Positions 47,465 to 58,848 of a DNA stretch of 64,000 bases are shown here, piece by piece; within the stretch, counting starts at the first letter, position 1, and each line of letters begins with the position of its first letter. Below the pieces are notes generated by a model. That model was not told where the DNA came from. It made no database searches and saw only the letters and a program-made list of their open reading frames with translations. Made by a program: the position numbers and the translations under genes. This DNA comes from Lophium mytilinum (taxonomy: Eukaryota), in NCBI GenBank assembly GCA_010093605.1, contig MU004192.1, positions 126,563-190,562 of the forward strand. Reading direction: 5' to 3'.

Positions 47465-48265
47465 ATGTCGAATACCGACTCCACGAACTGTTCCATCACA
47501 GTCACGCTCCTCCAACTCGCAAAAATGATCGACCACTCACTCCTCCATCCAACAATGACAGACGCAGACATCCTCGCAGGTCTTGCCATCGCAAAACAGT
47601 ACAACGTTGCTACAGCTTGCATCAAACCCTATCTCATCCCCCTGGCGAAAAAGGAGCTGGAAGGCACAGATGTTCAGATTTGCCCTGTTATCGGCTTTCC
47701 CCATGGAAACAGCACCACCGAAGTAAAAGCTTTTGAAGCGGGCGCCGCTGCCGCTGCAGGCGGGAAGGAGATTGACATGGTGATCAACATTGGCAAAGCT
47801 TTAGGCGGCGACTGGGTCTATGTCGCCAACGAGATCCAGACTGTCAAAAACGCGATTTCGAAACATGGCGCTCTTCTCAAGGTCATTTTCGAAAACGACT
47901 ACCTCCCAGATGAAGTCATCATTCGACTGTGCGAGATCTGCTCAGATATAGGCGTCGCGTTTGTGAAAACCAGTACGGGCTATGGATTTGTGAAGCAGGC
48001 GAACGGGATGTACTCATACAAGGGCGCAACTGTCCATCATTTGAAGCTCATGAGGAAACATTCCAAGCCTGAAGTTCAGATCAAAGCGGCTGGAGGTGTG
48101 CGAACTTTGGATGATCTGCTGCATGTCATGTCCCTTGGATGCTCTCGAATTGGCGCAACTGCTACGGTAAGCATTATGGCGGAAGCGGTGGAAAGAGGGA
48201 TAACGGATGAGCCGACGACCGTGCAATTCAAGCCTATGAGCGATAGCTCCGCTGGGGGTTATTGA
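47465..48265 (+). CDS. deoC: Deoxyribose-phosphate aldolase (DERA, DeoC family)
   Basis: Motifs 'IDHSLLHP', 'VIGFPHG', 'EIDMVINIG', 'LKVIFEN', 'FVKTSTGY', 'IKAAGGVRT' and 'RIGAT'. Intronless. Confidence 0.95.
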   Translation: MSNTDSTNCSITVTLLQLAKMIDHSLLHPTMTDADILAGLAIAKQYNVATACIKPYLIPLAKKELEGTDVQICPVIGFPHGNSTTEVKAFEAGAAAAAGGKEIDMVINIGKALGGDWVYVANEIQTVKNAISKHGALLKVIFENDYLPDEVIIRLCEICSDIGVAFVKTSTGYGFVKQANGMYSYKGATVHHLKLMRKHSKPEVQIKAAGGVRTLDDLLHVMSLGCSRIGATATVSIMAEAVERGITDEPTTVQFKPMSDSSAGGY

Positions 48266-48828
48266 AGTGTTGGATTTGCGCGAAGAAGAGCCTTCCTCGT
48301 ATAAGAGCGGTAGCTGGATAAAGGATGAACGATGGAGACCAAAGGCTGAGAAGGAGTCTTGATAACATCAAAGCCATGAAACTTGAATTGTACACCCTTT
48401 CATATGCCACGTACTTGTGCAAGGTCTTATAATATGACGCCGCATGTAGCCTTGCAAGTCTGAAAATCTGCAGAGATGCGTGGTGAACATCAACGATGAA
48501 CTTGGAGAATTTGGGGTTGCTTTCAAATTGATAGCTTCAACACTGCTAAAGCCCGAAGGCTTGCGTTTCTAGAGAATATTCTAGGTAAAGTAAGTAAAAA
48601 ATCAAAGCCCATGCGACTTCGCGGGCATCCTGCCGCCCCAGACGTATATACCGGAAAGCTAACGCCATGCAATGCTGATTTGGGTATTACTCCGAACGTC
48701 TTCCAAGCAATATGAAGAAAGAGCCTAGAAACGCGTCAACGTCAACGTGAACGATCGTACTCCTTGAGCTTGATTTCCCGTTCCCTTAAAAGCCCCCATG
48801 AACCCAAATTATAAACCTCATTTGAAAC

Positions 48829-51800
48829 CTAGATTCTGCCCCCTTCAACGATTTGCCTCCCCACAAGCTCTAACTCACCAGTCTCAGCAGTCCGCCTTCG
48901 TTCTAGCACCCATCGGTCACTCCCACTCTCATCCTGTTCGCGCACGTAGGTAACACTGTCGGCAGTGCTGCCCTTGCGACTGTGCGATGGCTTCCAGCCC
49001 CCACCAGGAGTAATGGGGCTTGTGGTGGAGATAGGAGATGTCAGGTTGAGAGATTGACTCGGAAGTGCGGTCCCAGACAGAGGCATAGAATGAACGTGGT
49101 CTACAGGATGGAAGAAAGAAGTAGAGAGGCTCAAAGGGGGTGGTGCCGCCTTGTTCTGGTGAATGTTCGGATTATCCATGGATTCTGAACCGGCAGGGGG
49201 ACCTGACAAGACGGGGTAATTCGAAACTCTTAAGGTAGGGCTATCGTGGTATCTCTCTGGTTCTTCGCCGTCCTGCCCTTTATCGTCCCCATAGTCCGAG
49301 TCTGAGTCTTCGTCGGCGGCGTTCACAACGTCTAACGCTTCATCGTAGTCCTCCTCTTCATAACCAGCATCGTTGATTTCTTCGTGAAGTGGCGCATCAT
49401 CGCTGTCAATGTCTCTATAGAATGTCTGGGAATTTGCCATTGGGCTCGCGCCACGAGGATATTGTGGAAATGCGACAGGACTGGAATTACGAGGGGATGT
49501 ACCAGATGAGCTGCGCAGGCTTCCGTTGCTACCACCGAACGCGCCCCTTCTCAACTTCATGAGCTGGCTGAGGCTGATATCTGGATCGTCGTCAGGAAAT
49601 CCGTAAGGGCTCATCCTGGCTAGTTGCGCAATGCCTGGGCTGGGGAGTCCTTGGTCGCCGTGCCGGAAATGGCTGAGACTGATGTACGAGTTGCGCGTGC
49701 TGTACTCACTGCGTTCGGTGATTGGTGTTAGGTTTGGTTCGCGCACTGCGTTCCGACCGCTCACACTGCGTCCCAAAGCACTTTGGCCAAAGTACCCACC
49801 GTTCGCAAATTGAGCCTCACCTTGAGCAGACGCATAGAACCCGAACTCCTGACCGTAGAATCCATCGTCATCATTCGCTAGCGCTTCGGCATTGGCAGCT
49901 GCTATCATGGGATCGTCTTCTAGAGCGCTGTCATAGTCGCTGTAATCGTAATTATCATCATCGATGAAGCCTGAACCAACGCCGTACTCAGAAGCAAAGC
50001 CATGGGTTTCTTGGCTGACTCGACTATCGTCAGGAATGAGGCTTGGTTGAGAGCCGTGACTATTGGAGTCCTCATCATCTTCGAGGCCAGACCGGCTGCC
50101 TAAATCGACGCTTGCTTGTCGCTGGAAACGACCATCGGCTTCGGCTTTGTGGGCTGCGTCGGCTAGGGCGGTGTGGTATGCTTCGAGATTCATGAAAGTG
50201 GGAGAGGACTGTTGGCGTGCTTTAGATGTATGGTGAGCTAAAGCAGGACCTGAACGGTCAAGATAGCTCGACAACTCGGCTTCTGTACCATGTATTTCGG
50301 GTTGGCCAACAACAGAATTATTCTCTGGGATGGTAAGTTTTAATTGGTCGTTTTTCAAATCTGTAGCTGGTGGTACAGAATAGAGTAAGGGCCGTTCGTA
50401 GAGAGGATGTGATGGATCGTCAAATATATTCTCGTCGAAAGTGTCTCCGTCACCGGGCGAAGGTGGTTCTATCATGCCGTCGTCGAAGTATAAATCATCA
50501 CCAACAGTGTTGTCGACCATCCCGTTGGCCGTCGCTAAGGGAGAATCAGTTGTCCAAGGCGTTGCAGCAGGCGTGAGTTCAGACGTTTCGTTTCTGGCAT
50601 CGCTCTCGACGTCAAGTAGACCTAGGCCTTTTGCTTCTGATATTGGGTAATCTGATCCTCTGAGATGCTGGCCAGGAGGCGGTAAGTGAACATTTGGTGC
50701 TATATGATCGGATAACGCGAAGCCAATAGCGTTGCCCTCAGCATCGCGTGGAGTTTGCGCAGTGTCTTCGTCGGTGATACTTGGAATAGCGGGACTTTCA
50801 AGCGGCAGGCGGAGGGATGATAGGTCAAATGCTGCAATTCCTGGAGACATCATGTCCATCTCATCATAGTCGTCTCCGCCCACCATCGGTATGTCTTCGT
50901 CGAAATCATTATCCATGTCATAGTCATACATATCTTCGTCGTAGTCATCCTCAAAAGTATTGGTCGATAGACGGGCTTGCTTTGACGCCTTTTCTGCAGC
51001 CTTCTGCTTATGTCGCTCTTCTAAGAGTCTTTCCTGCGCAGAGTCGTTTCCAGATATTTGAAAGCTAAAGCGTGAAGACTTGCTAGTGAGGTGAGCGGGC
51101 AGTCCGGCAGGCACAAAAGAGGGATCTGTAACCGAAGTTGCTCGCGAGCGGGACGATGGAGGTGTCTTTGTTGAAATCCTCTTCCTAGGTGTGCGTTCCG
51201 GGGAAGTCGGGCTCGTCGGGCTGGTAGACTCCTGGACAGGGGACAACATCGACGATTCAAATGACTCAGGCGGCGGTGCATAGCCATCAGGAAGAGCTGG
51301 AAGAGGTGGGGGCCGGGAAGTAGGCGGCGGAGAGTTTTTTGTTATAGGAGGAGGAGGGGGTGGCGAGCGAGAAGGTGGAGGTGGCATTGAGTTTCTGGCC
51401 ACGAAGTCACGATTTGCTAAAGTCTCTGCACGGACAGCGGCCTGTGAGGCTTCGAGGCTCAACGACTCATCAAAGTGTTCGCGGAATATGGGCGTGTGTT
51501 CTCTGTCTATTTTTGGTGGGCTGTAGTCTCCAGATGATTGCCTAGTATGTGCCGGTCCATTCTGGTTAACCTGCAGATGCCCGGCCTGGTCAGCGTCCCT
51601 ATTAGTGTTACTGTAAGCATCGTTGTAGGAGAAGTTTCTCCTTGGTCTAGGTGCGCTGAAATCATGAACGACGTTTCCTCTAATCCGTGGATCGTAGCCA
51701 TCCGGTAATGTCATAGCGGGAATCACTTGGCTTCGATGGGTGACCAAAGACTCGTCTGAAAGGGTATCAATTGACTGGCCTGTGCGGCGTCTCATAAGAA

Positions 51801-52464
51801 GAGACATGGGATTCCGCAGGTTCAGTCTGGACTTTACTGGCTTCTGTGAATGGGCGGTAGGTACGGACGCCGAAGCCTTGGACGAGCTCGACTGCTTGTC
51901 GCTATGCCCGGCAAGGAGCGAGGATTGCGACTGGGAATTGAGTGCATAATTGTTTGAGGAGGCTAGGGTTGGTACTGCGGGCATTGAGTAGATATCTCCG
52001 TGCGCTTCAACGCGAGTCCGGTCTAGAGGCCGCTGTCCGGCAGCCTTGTAACCAGCATGCGCATCGTCATGCTTCGAAGAAGCCCACGGGCTCCCTTGGC
52101 TCTGCGGAAGCGAATCGTACGAGACGGTCTGCATTGCCGGCCGCAAGCCTCTGCTCTGGTTTATATTCTCCCGTGATCCTGCCTCTGCTGAGTGTTCAAC
52201 GTGCCCAGGGTATGCAGTCGAATTGGACGCAGGTGGAGGGGCCGGCCCATACTGTGAAGCCACACGTGGTATCGGGGGCAGGCTCGGAGGGAACGGCGAG
52301 ACAGGAGATGCTGACTGCAGGTTTGGCGACGAGGAGAAGTGCTCGGGCGACTGTAGCGGGGAGAGCTGGCTCGTTGGGGCGTTGGCAGCATCCGGTGAGC
52401 TCGGATTAGAGGCATTGCGCTTGTGGTGAGGTCGGAGGTAGGAGAACATGTTCGACGGCGCCAT
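48829..52464 (-). CDS. Large acidic/Pro-rich, mostly disordered hypothetical protein (1211 aa)
   Basis: Uninterrupted 3.6-kb ORF with short conserved-looking blocks ('RLNLRNPMSLLMRRR', 'YDPRIRGNVVHDFSAPRP', 'GFYGQEFGFY', 'WVLERRRT'). Confidence 0.85.
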   Translation of the reverse strand: MAPSNMFSYLRPHHKRNASNPSSPDAANAPTSQLSPLQSPEHFSSSPNLQSASPVSPFPPSLPPIPRVASQYGPAPPPASNSTAYPGHVEHSAEAGSRENINQSRGLRPAMQTVSYDSLPQSQGSPWASSKHDDAHAGYKAAGQRPLDRTRVEAHGDIYSMPAVPTLASSNNYALNSQSQSSLLAGHSDKQSSSSKASASVPTAHSQKPVKSRLNLRNPMSLLMRRRTGQSIDTLSDESLVTHRSQVIPAMTLPDGYDPRIRGNVVHDFSAPRPRRNFSYNDAYSNTNRDADQAGHLQVNQNGPAHTRQSSGDYSPPKIDREHTPIFREHFDESLSLEASQAAVRAETLANRDFVARNSMPPPPSRSPPPPPPITKNSPPPTSRPPPLPALPDGYAPPPESFESSMLSPVQESTSPTSPTSPERTPRKRISTKTPPSSRSRATSVTDPSFVPAGLPAHLTSKSSRFSFQISGNDSAQERLLEERHKQKAAEKASKQARLSTNTFEDDYDEDMYDYDMDNDFDEDIPMVGGDDYDEMDMMSPGIAAFDLSSLRLPLESPAIPSITDEDTAQTPRDAEGNAIGFALSDHIAPNVHLPPPGQHLRGSDYPISEAKGLGLLDVESDARNETSELTPAATPWTTDSPLATANGMVDNTVGDDLYFDDGMIEPPSPGDGDTFDENIFDDPSHPLYERPLLYSVPPATDLKNDQLKLTIPENNSVVGQPEIHGTEAELSSYLDRSGPALAHHTSKARQQSSPTFMNLEAYHTALADAAHKAEADGRFQRQASVDLGSRSGLEDDEDSNSHGSQPSLIPDDSRVSQETHGFASEYGVGSGFIDDDNYDYSDYDSALEDDPMIAAANAEALANDDDGFYGQEFGFYASAQGEAQFANGGYFGQSALGRSVSGRNAVREPNLTPITERSEYSTRNSYISLSHFRHGDQGLPSPGIAQLARMSPYGFPDDDPDISLSQLMKLRRGAFGGSNGSLRSSSGTSPRNSSPVAFPQYPRGASPMANSQTFYRDIDSDDAPLHEEINDAGYEEEDYDEALDVVNAADEDSDSDYGDDKGQDGEEPERYHDSPTLRVSNYPVLSGPPAGSESMDNPNIHQNKAAPPPLSLSTSFFHPVDHVHSMPLSGTALPSQSLNLTSPISTTSPITPGGGWKPSHSRKGSTADSVTYVREQDESGSDRWVLERRRTAETGELELVGRQIVEGGRI

Positions 52465-53530
52465 AACGGCTTACTGTACGACGACCAAATGCCACTGTTC
52501 TCCAGATTGCGTCTGCCTGTCACCGAGTCGCAGTGGTGGTGCGGTCAGCGACCGTCACGCCTCTCGCTGAGGCCAACTACAGGCAGGGACCATCGGACGG
52601 CCGGCCCTACGCCAGAGAAGGCTGTCGAGGCTGCCGATGCCGCGATAGGATCGTACTGGTCGCGGTTCCGATGTTGCACCAGCGGGCAGGATGCGGGCGG
52701 CCTTCTTAGGCAGAGCGCGTGCAGCGGGACGGCGCAGGATAGAGGGCGAAGAACTACCAGGTAGGTAGGACAAGATGGAGCAAAATGCTGGGAGTATATG
52801 CGAGGCATTCAATCGCGCGGGTCGTGGATATCGTGAGTCGTGAAATTGTTGGCGTCGTCTCATCCCCAGGATAGGAATAACCACCAATGAGACGCTTCAC
52901 ATGCTCGAGGTTGGACCTGGCCAATCAGCGTGCTTGAGAATTCGGTGAATTTCCACGGGTATGCAATTGCCTGGACTCGGCCTGGATTTATTGTGTGGTA
53001 TTCTTACATCTTGCCGCTGTCGGCTGGCTCCAGCTAGTACATTCACTGCTATTAGAAACTTCAGATGCGCCTTACATTGCAGCCTCGTTGTCGTCTCACC
53101 CGAGCCCAGCGAAGTAGCCGAAGCGAGCTTAGTGTCTTGGCAATGCCATCCATTCTAGCAGCTTCTTCCTCGACCTCTCCCCGAGCACTCCATAACTCGA
53201 CCTTCTTAAATGCGCCCCCTCGCCCCGATGCTGCAGGCGGAACTCGGTCTTTGTCGTCCGCATTGAATTGCCAAAGGTAAGCGGCTGAATTATTTTCTAC
53301 CTCGGTTCGAATGATGAAACAACAGCTGGCACCAGGCCTAGAAGACTTGTACTCTTTTGATGCGGAAAATGCTTGCGGGGAGCAAAGACTCCTTTCTGAC
53401 TTCCACTCTCTGTCTCTATTGACTTAGCAATTCTTTATAAGACTTTGAGGCTAACAGAGGTCGAATATCAGCATAGATCGACAGAGTTTTCGCCGGCAGA
53501 CACCCCGCAACCACCGTTCCGGCCTACAAC

Positions 53531-54697
53531 ATGGTCCTTCACAACCCCAACAATTGGCACTGGGTCAATAAGGATGTCTCTCCATGGGCAAAGGAGTTCC
53601 TCGAGAAGGAGTTGACCGACCTCTCGGCCGAAGATGGCGGCGTGTCTGCGAAGGTTGACAAGGTCGTCAGCATGGATGGAGATGTCGATGTGAGCCAGCG
53701 GAAGGGCAAGGTGATCACGCTCTTCGACGTAAAGCTGAAGCTGGAATACTCTGGTAAGTAGCGTTTTGCCTCCGCCTGCTACGTCCCGGCCCCTGTCGTC
53801 ACCTCGACGCACACTGGAATTATGGCTAAATCTCTCCATTAGGCAAGAACAAAGATGGAGAAGAAGCTAGTGGCACCATCACGATACCTGAGGTAGCACA
53901 TGACACGGAGGAAGATGAGTACGTTGTACGTTCCCTTTCCTCTGACCCATGAACTTACTACTTGCCGCTTTTGATCTTCTGATCGCTAACCGGCTGTTCT
54001 TCAGTTCGACATAGACATCTACTCCGACGCTAGCAGCAAGCAACCAGTCAAAGATCTTGTGCGTGCAAAGATCGTTCCTCAACTGCGTGAACACCTCCAG
54101 AAGCTGGGCCCTGCGTTGATTGCAGAGCACGGACGGGACATCCAACACGCCCCGGGAGATGATCCGTCCACTGGCTGGGCTTCACCAAAAGTCTACTCGA
54201 GCTCCTCCGTTAACAAAACGGCCTCGGAACCTAAGTCAACGTCTACAACCACCACCCAGGGAGGCTCTTCTGGCCCGCACGTCAATGTGACTACCCTTGA
54301 AGAGAGCACCGAATTCCGTACTACCGCTGCTGAGCTCTACAAGACGTTTACAGACCCGGCTCGTATGGCTGCTTTCACTCGCTCCCCACCTAGTGTTTTC
54401 ACTGGTGCTGTATTAGGGGGTCGCTATGAGCTCTTTGGCGGCAACGTGTCCGGAGAGTACACCGTATTGGAGGAGCCGACCCACATCGTACAGAAGTGGC
54501 GTCTGGCACAGTGGCCGCAGGGACACTACTCTACGCTGTCGATTCATTTCGATCAGAACGATGTCGACTCCGTCACCGTGATGCGAGTCGAATGGAAGGG
54601 CGTCCCTATCGGCCAAGAAGAGCCGACCAAGCGGAACTGGGGAGAATATTACGTGCGAAGCATCAAGACGACATTTGGATTCGGAACGGTTCTATAG
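53531..54697 (+). CDS. AHA1: Activator of Hsp90 ATPase
   Basis: N-terminal 'NPNNWHWVNKD' and 'SQRKGKVITLFD'; C-terminal AHSA1 domain ending 'YYVRSIKTTFGFG'. Introns 53754-53842 and about 53926-54004. Confidence 0.96.
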
Positions 54698-55408
54698 ACC
54701 ACCGCCACCATGTCTAGGGCGGCGTAGAATTCTCACTGGCGTATTTGGGGCGACGGCGTGATGATGGATGAAGCATCAAGACCTTATGCAAAGACTTTAG
54801 AGATAACAGTACTCAAAAACAATCTGCAATACGATAATTGGGTACTCAAGAACGTTGAGCTTTGTAGGTGAAAGTCTGCCCTGCCCTCTGACATCGTAGG
54901 TGCATGCGACTACCGAAGAACCTACTCTTCAAACTGATTGTCAGCCTGTTGGCCTTCATTTTGTCAGCATGCAGATCCTTCCAAAGTTCTGCATTGCGTG
55001 ACCAGACTTTGGTTATTTGGAAGCGTCAATGACAAAGCATTCAATGTCATTCAAGCCATTCTTTAGGCTTCACAACCGCAACTCCGCAGCATGACCAAGC
55101 TTGTGGTAGGTATGCCCAATATTGAGATTCATGCAACCTCGAGAGCAATAACAACACTCTTGGGCACGGAACTCCGATTTATACATCGTAGTTTAGCAGA
55201 TTGACTGCTGAGCAACGCGTCTTGACTGCTTAGTTGGCTCAATTTTCTATGACTTCCAGGTAGGGACTCAAATACATAGATGTAGCTACATGTGTCTACA
55301 ATAAACGTTTCACGAAGACAACAACCAATACCTCGCTGCTCATATCTTGAAACCCCATCCTCACTCTGTACCTCTCTCGCTTCATACAGACCGTCGTCTG
55401 CAAGAAAC

Positions 55409-56437
55409 ATGAGCTCTTCATCCCCACCGTCCCCTCTCCCGACCTTATTCATTACTGGCGCTCTAGGATATATCGGAGGCACCTTTTTAACTGTCCTGAA
55501 GAGGTCACAGCCTTCAATCCTCACTCGCGCTCTTGTCCGCGACCAAACCCAAGCAGAGACTCTGTCTGACTTCTACGGATGGACCGTCACACCAATCATC
55601 GGCAAGCTAGATGACCTAGAGTTCCTCACGGACGAGGCCGCGAAAGCCGACATCATCATTCAAGCAACTGGTGACAACACAGACGCCGTCTTAGCTCTCA
55701 TGGAAGGCACTACGTTGAATCCCAAGCACAACTCCGCCAACACCATCGAACGGCCTATCTTCATCCAGATTTCGGGCGCCAGCAACGTCGCCCACACTGT
55801 TCTGGGTGAGAAGTCCCCGCGTGTCTGGAGCGATATTGCCGACTGGGACGACCTCCTGAAGCTCGAGGAGACACGCATCAGCGTCAAGACCGATAACGCC
55901 ATCCGCAAGCTGTCGTCCAAGAAGAATATTCGCTCTCTCACTCTCTCGCCAAACGTACTCCTCGGCCGCGGCCTTGGCGCGGGGAAGACAGAGACTTTCC
56001 CGAAACTGCAGTACGAGAATGTGCTCAAGAACGGTGCTGCCTTCTTGGGTGGCAAAGGAACTAATGTTTGGAGCTCGATGTCGATCGAAGATCTCGGCCG
56101 CGCGTGCGTTTTCCTCTTGGAGGAAGCACAAAAGGGAAACAAAAGCCGGCTGCAGTTTGGGCAGAATGGATATTACTTTATTACGGCGTTTGACCTCTCG
56201 GCAGCGGATAGGGCGCAGGCGTTGGGGGAAAGGCTGTATAAGCAGGGGCTGATTCCGACACCAGAAGTGCAGGTGAAGACGCTTGAGGAGATTGGGGCGC
56301 AATTTGGCCCCTTTGGACCGGTTCTTGCGGCGAGTAGCTCGTTGATCAGGGCGGATAAGCTGGGGAAGCTGGGGTGGAAGCCTGTGGACTATGACTGGGT
56401 GAGGTTGGTTCAAGAGGCGCCTGGCACGAGGTGCTAG
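55409..56437 (+). CDS. NAD(P)-binding Rossmann protein, atypical SDR/epimerase-like
   Basis: Motifs 'LFITGALGYIGG', 'RALVRD', 'IEDLGRA', 'NGYYF' and 'KLGWKP'. Confidence 0.88.
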   Translation: MSSSSPPSPLPTLFITGALGYIGGTFLTVLKRSQPSILTRALVRDQTQAETLSDFYGWTVTPIIGKLDDLEFLTDEAAKADIIIQATGDNTDAVLALMEGTTLNPKHNSANTIERPIFIQISGASNVAHTVLGEKSPRVWSDIADWDDLLKLEETRISVKTDNAIRKLSSKKNIRSLTLSPNVLLGRGLGAGKTETFPKLQYENVLKNGAAFLGGKGTNVWSSMSIEDLGRACVFLLEEAQKGNKSRLQFGQNGYYFITAFDLSAADRAQALGERLYKQGLIPTPEVQVKTLEEIGAQFGPFGPVLAASSSLIRADKLGKLGWKPVDYDWVRLVQEAPGTRC

Positions 56438-58848
56438 GTCCGGCTCGTAGGTAAAGAATAGCTGCACTGGCATAATGGAATAGATATGCAAGCTTAGCGC
56501 AGATCGAGCCTTGACAAAATGTCTGATCATTGTAGCACGTGAGAGAGACATAAGCCCGCTCGCTCTACCTGTCTGCCTTCAGCTTCATCTCAGTCCTGCC
56601 TCGAAAGATGTTGTGAATGTGCTCTCCAAGCCGGAAACTATTGCAAGGCAATGTAGATTCGAAGAGGGGCACTCCTCCGTGAAGACATCCATAGGAGAAA
56701 CATAGGGGTGACTTCAGGTTTTCAGGAGAAAATAGAGGAGAGGAAATGGCGACAGATAAGGCCCGTTTTGGTTAGATAACACTTGGCAGTTCCAATGTCA
56801 CACCGAGCGGCCCGTTTCGCTGTCCCTCCGCCCTCCTTCGATGATCACCTACGTATCATTGGCACCACATGTGCCGTTCGCGTCCTACAAACTGAAACGT
56901 ATCCATTGCCAGATCCGAGTCGTAGAAAGCGTGGGCGCCACAAGAACAATGTTGCGGCCCTCTTTCTTTGCTACTCTTGCAAACTAGCTATGTTGCCCCA
57001 GACAGCAAGCCCTTCAATCAAACTGCCTACCTCGATTTCTGGATATTTCTAATCTCCGTCTCTGCCAATCCGCCCCTTCATGTTTTCCCTCTCTCTTTTC
57101 CTTCTCACTCCCGTCTAAATTCGAGCATAGAATATGCAGTATTCTCATTCGTCAGTTCTTCCTCTGTATTATTTTCATTCCATGGTCCCTAGATACATTA
57201 TGCTCAAAGGGAAAATTTGCTCGTGATCATGTATATATGGGCTTATTCGCCCCGCAGCAGAAAGAGCTATTCCAGTCTGCCTGGCGTGATCTGGAGACTC
57301 CCAAAGAAATATCCTATGGCGGCCTTCCAAAGACATTGGCGTCTTGCGATTTTACAAAGGCATCGAGGACTAGACCGCTATTGTAGGCTCACCTATGAGA
57401 TCAGGTTGGGCTCGATTTCCGACCCGTCTCCCTTCGCGCCGTACGATCTTTTGTATAGCCACCACACCGACTTGCTCTGCGTCCTTGAGCCATTTTTTAC
57501 AGAATGAAAATCATATCTGCCCCCTATAAAAGGGTCTGAAGGTTAAGTTTACGTTTAGTTCCGGTATGTTTGCCTTGGGATCAAGATCGTGGTATCATGA
57601 TGCCGAAAGATGCGTCGAACATTAAGTGTTCGACGAAAAGCACCCGATTACCGAGGAAGTAGGCCTGGACACCCAGCCCTCAATGGCCTGCTTGCCTAAT
57701 GGCTGTAACACGCCAAAAACATATACGCCAAAAGGACGGAAGAGACGGGGAGCTAGAACAGACCTCTTGAATGGCCTCGAATCAGGACTACTGGACCCAG
57801 ACCGGACGAAGACTCGGCCTTACTCGCATCGCGACGATCGAATACCATGAAAAGTGAAACTGAAAATATCCAGGGCCGGTAACTACCCAAACCCCAAGTA
57901 ATAACGAGTTCTGCCGGAGCTGATGTCCTGGGATGGTTTAAATGTCAGACGCTGCGACGGACGGATTCCCATTTGACTTGAACTTAGTGCACAACCGGAT
58001 CCCAGGACGACATACGCACAGAACGTGTCTTCGAAACGTGTTCCGACTCCATATTCCAGGAGCCACTTTTCAACCCTAGGTCAGCTTCACACTATTAACG
58101 TGTCGTATCAGGACAGAGTTGCATTTATGGAGGCTTCCATCGATCTATTGAGTGGACCCCAACATCTAAGTTTGATCTAGACGCTAGCGACATGCTTACA
58201 GATATAGTCTGCTAACACCCGAAACCATACCGAGCCTACTTCCACCGGGCTATTATTATTCAATGCTATACTAAGACACAGTGCGAGAGTGCGCTTACCT
58301 GTAGTCTTCAATCAAGATCTCATCATATTGTTCGATGCCAATCGCCCTCTGAGTTTCGAAGGTTCCGTTGAAGTGTCCCGCCGTCGTGTGCGAGGCGGAT
58401 TTTAATCGAGACGACAGCCGACTCCAGGAAGTTAGCACCAAGTCATCTTTTTTTATGTTGAAGAGTTAGCTAGCAAGGAAAGTTGGGAAAGGGTTGACAG
58501 GCCTTCTTTTGCGGCAAGTTACCGCACGCAGCAGCTGTGGTGCTGTGTAGGTGATTGGTCCCCCGCCTGCATGTAAAACACTTTCAGACTGTTTACACGC
58601 GACCTCATATAGCGCAATTCTGGCTACAGTAGAGGAGCTTCACGGTCTTCTAAGGATTCACATGGCTGAATTGGGGCGTGCCTATATAAGGATGAGGTCT
58701 TTCATTTGTTTACTAGCTCTTTATACCTCTCCACTTCTAAACACACCACCACAACCACCACCCTCTCAACCGCAACTTCCAGCAGCGGTTTCCAAACCCC
58801 ACCGAGAAACTGTACGAGTATTGTTACTTCATATATTATTAAGGCTTT

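Noticed and set aside
55691..56551. Long antisense ORFs (e.g. 55691-56551, 20513-21307, 4372-5136, 27426-28103)
   Set aside because: They are shadows of well-supported sense-strand genes, produced by codon bias.
25517..57992. Shared 15-mer TTGAACTTAGTGCAC at 25517 and 57978
   Set aside because: The similarity does not extend, and a 15-bp match is expected by chance in 64 kb.
56700..58800. Short ORFs in the gap before the exonuclease gene
   Set aside because: No coherent spliced model or domain motif could be assembled.
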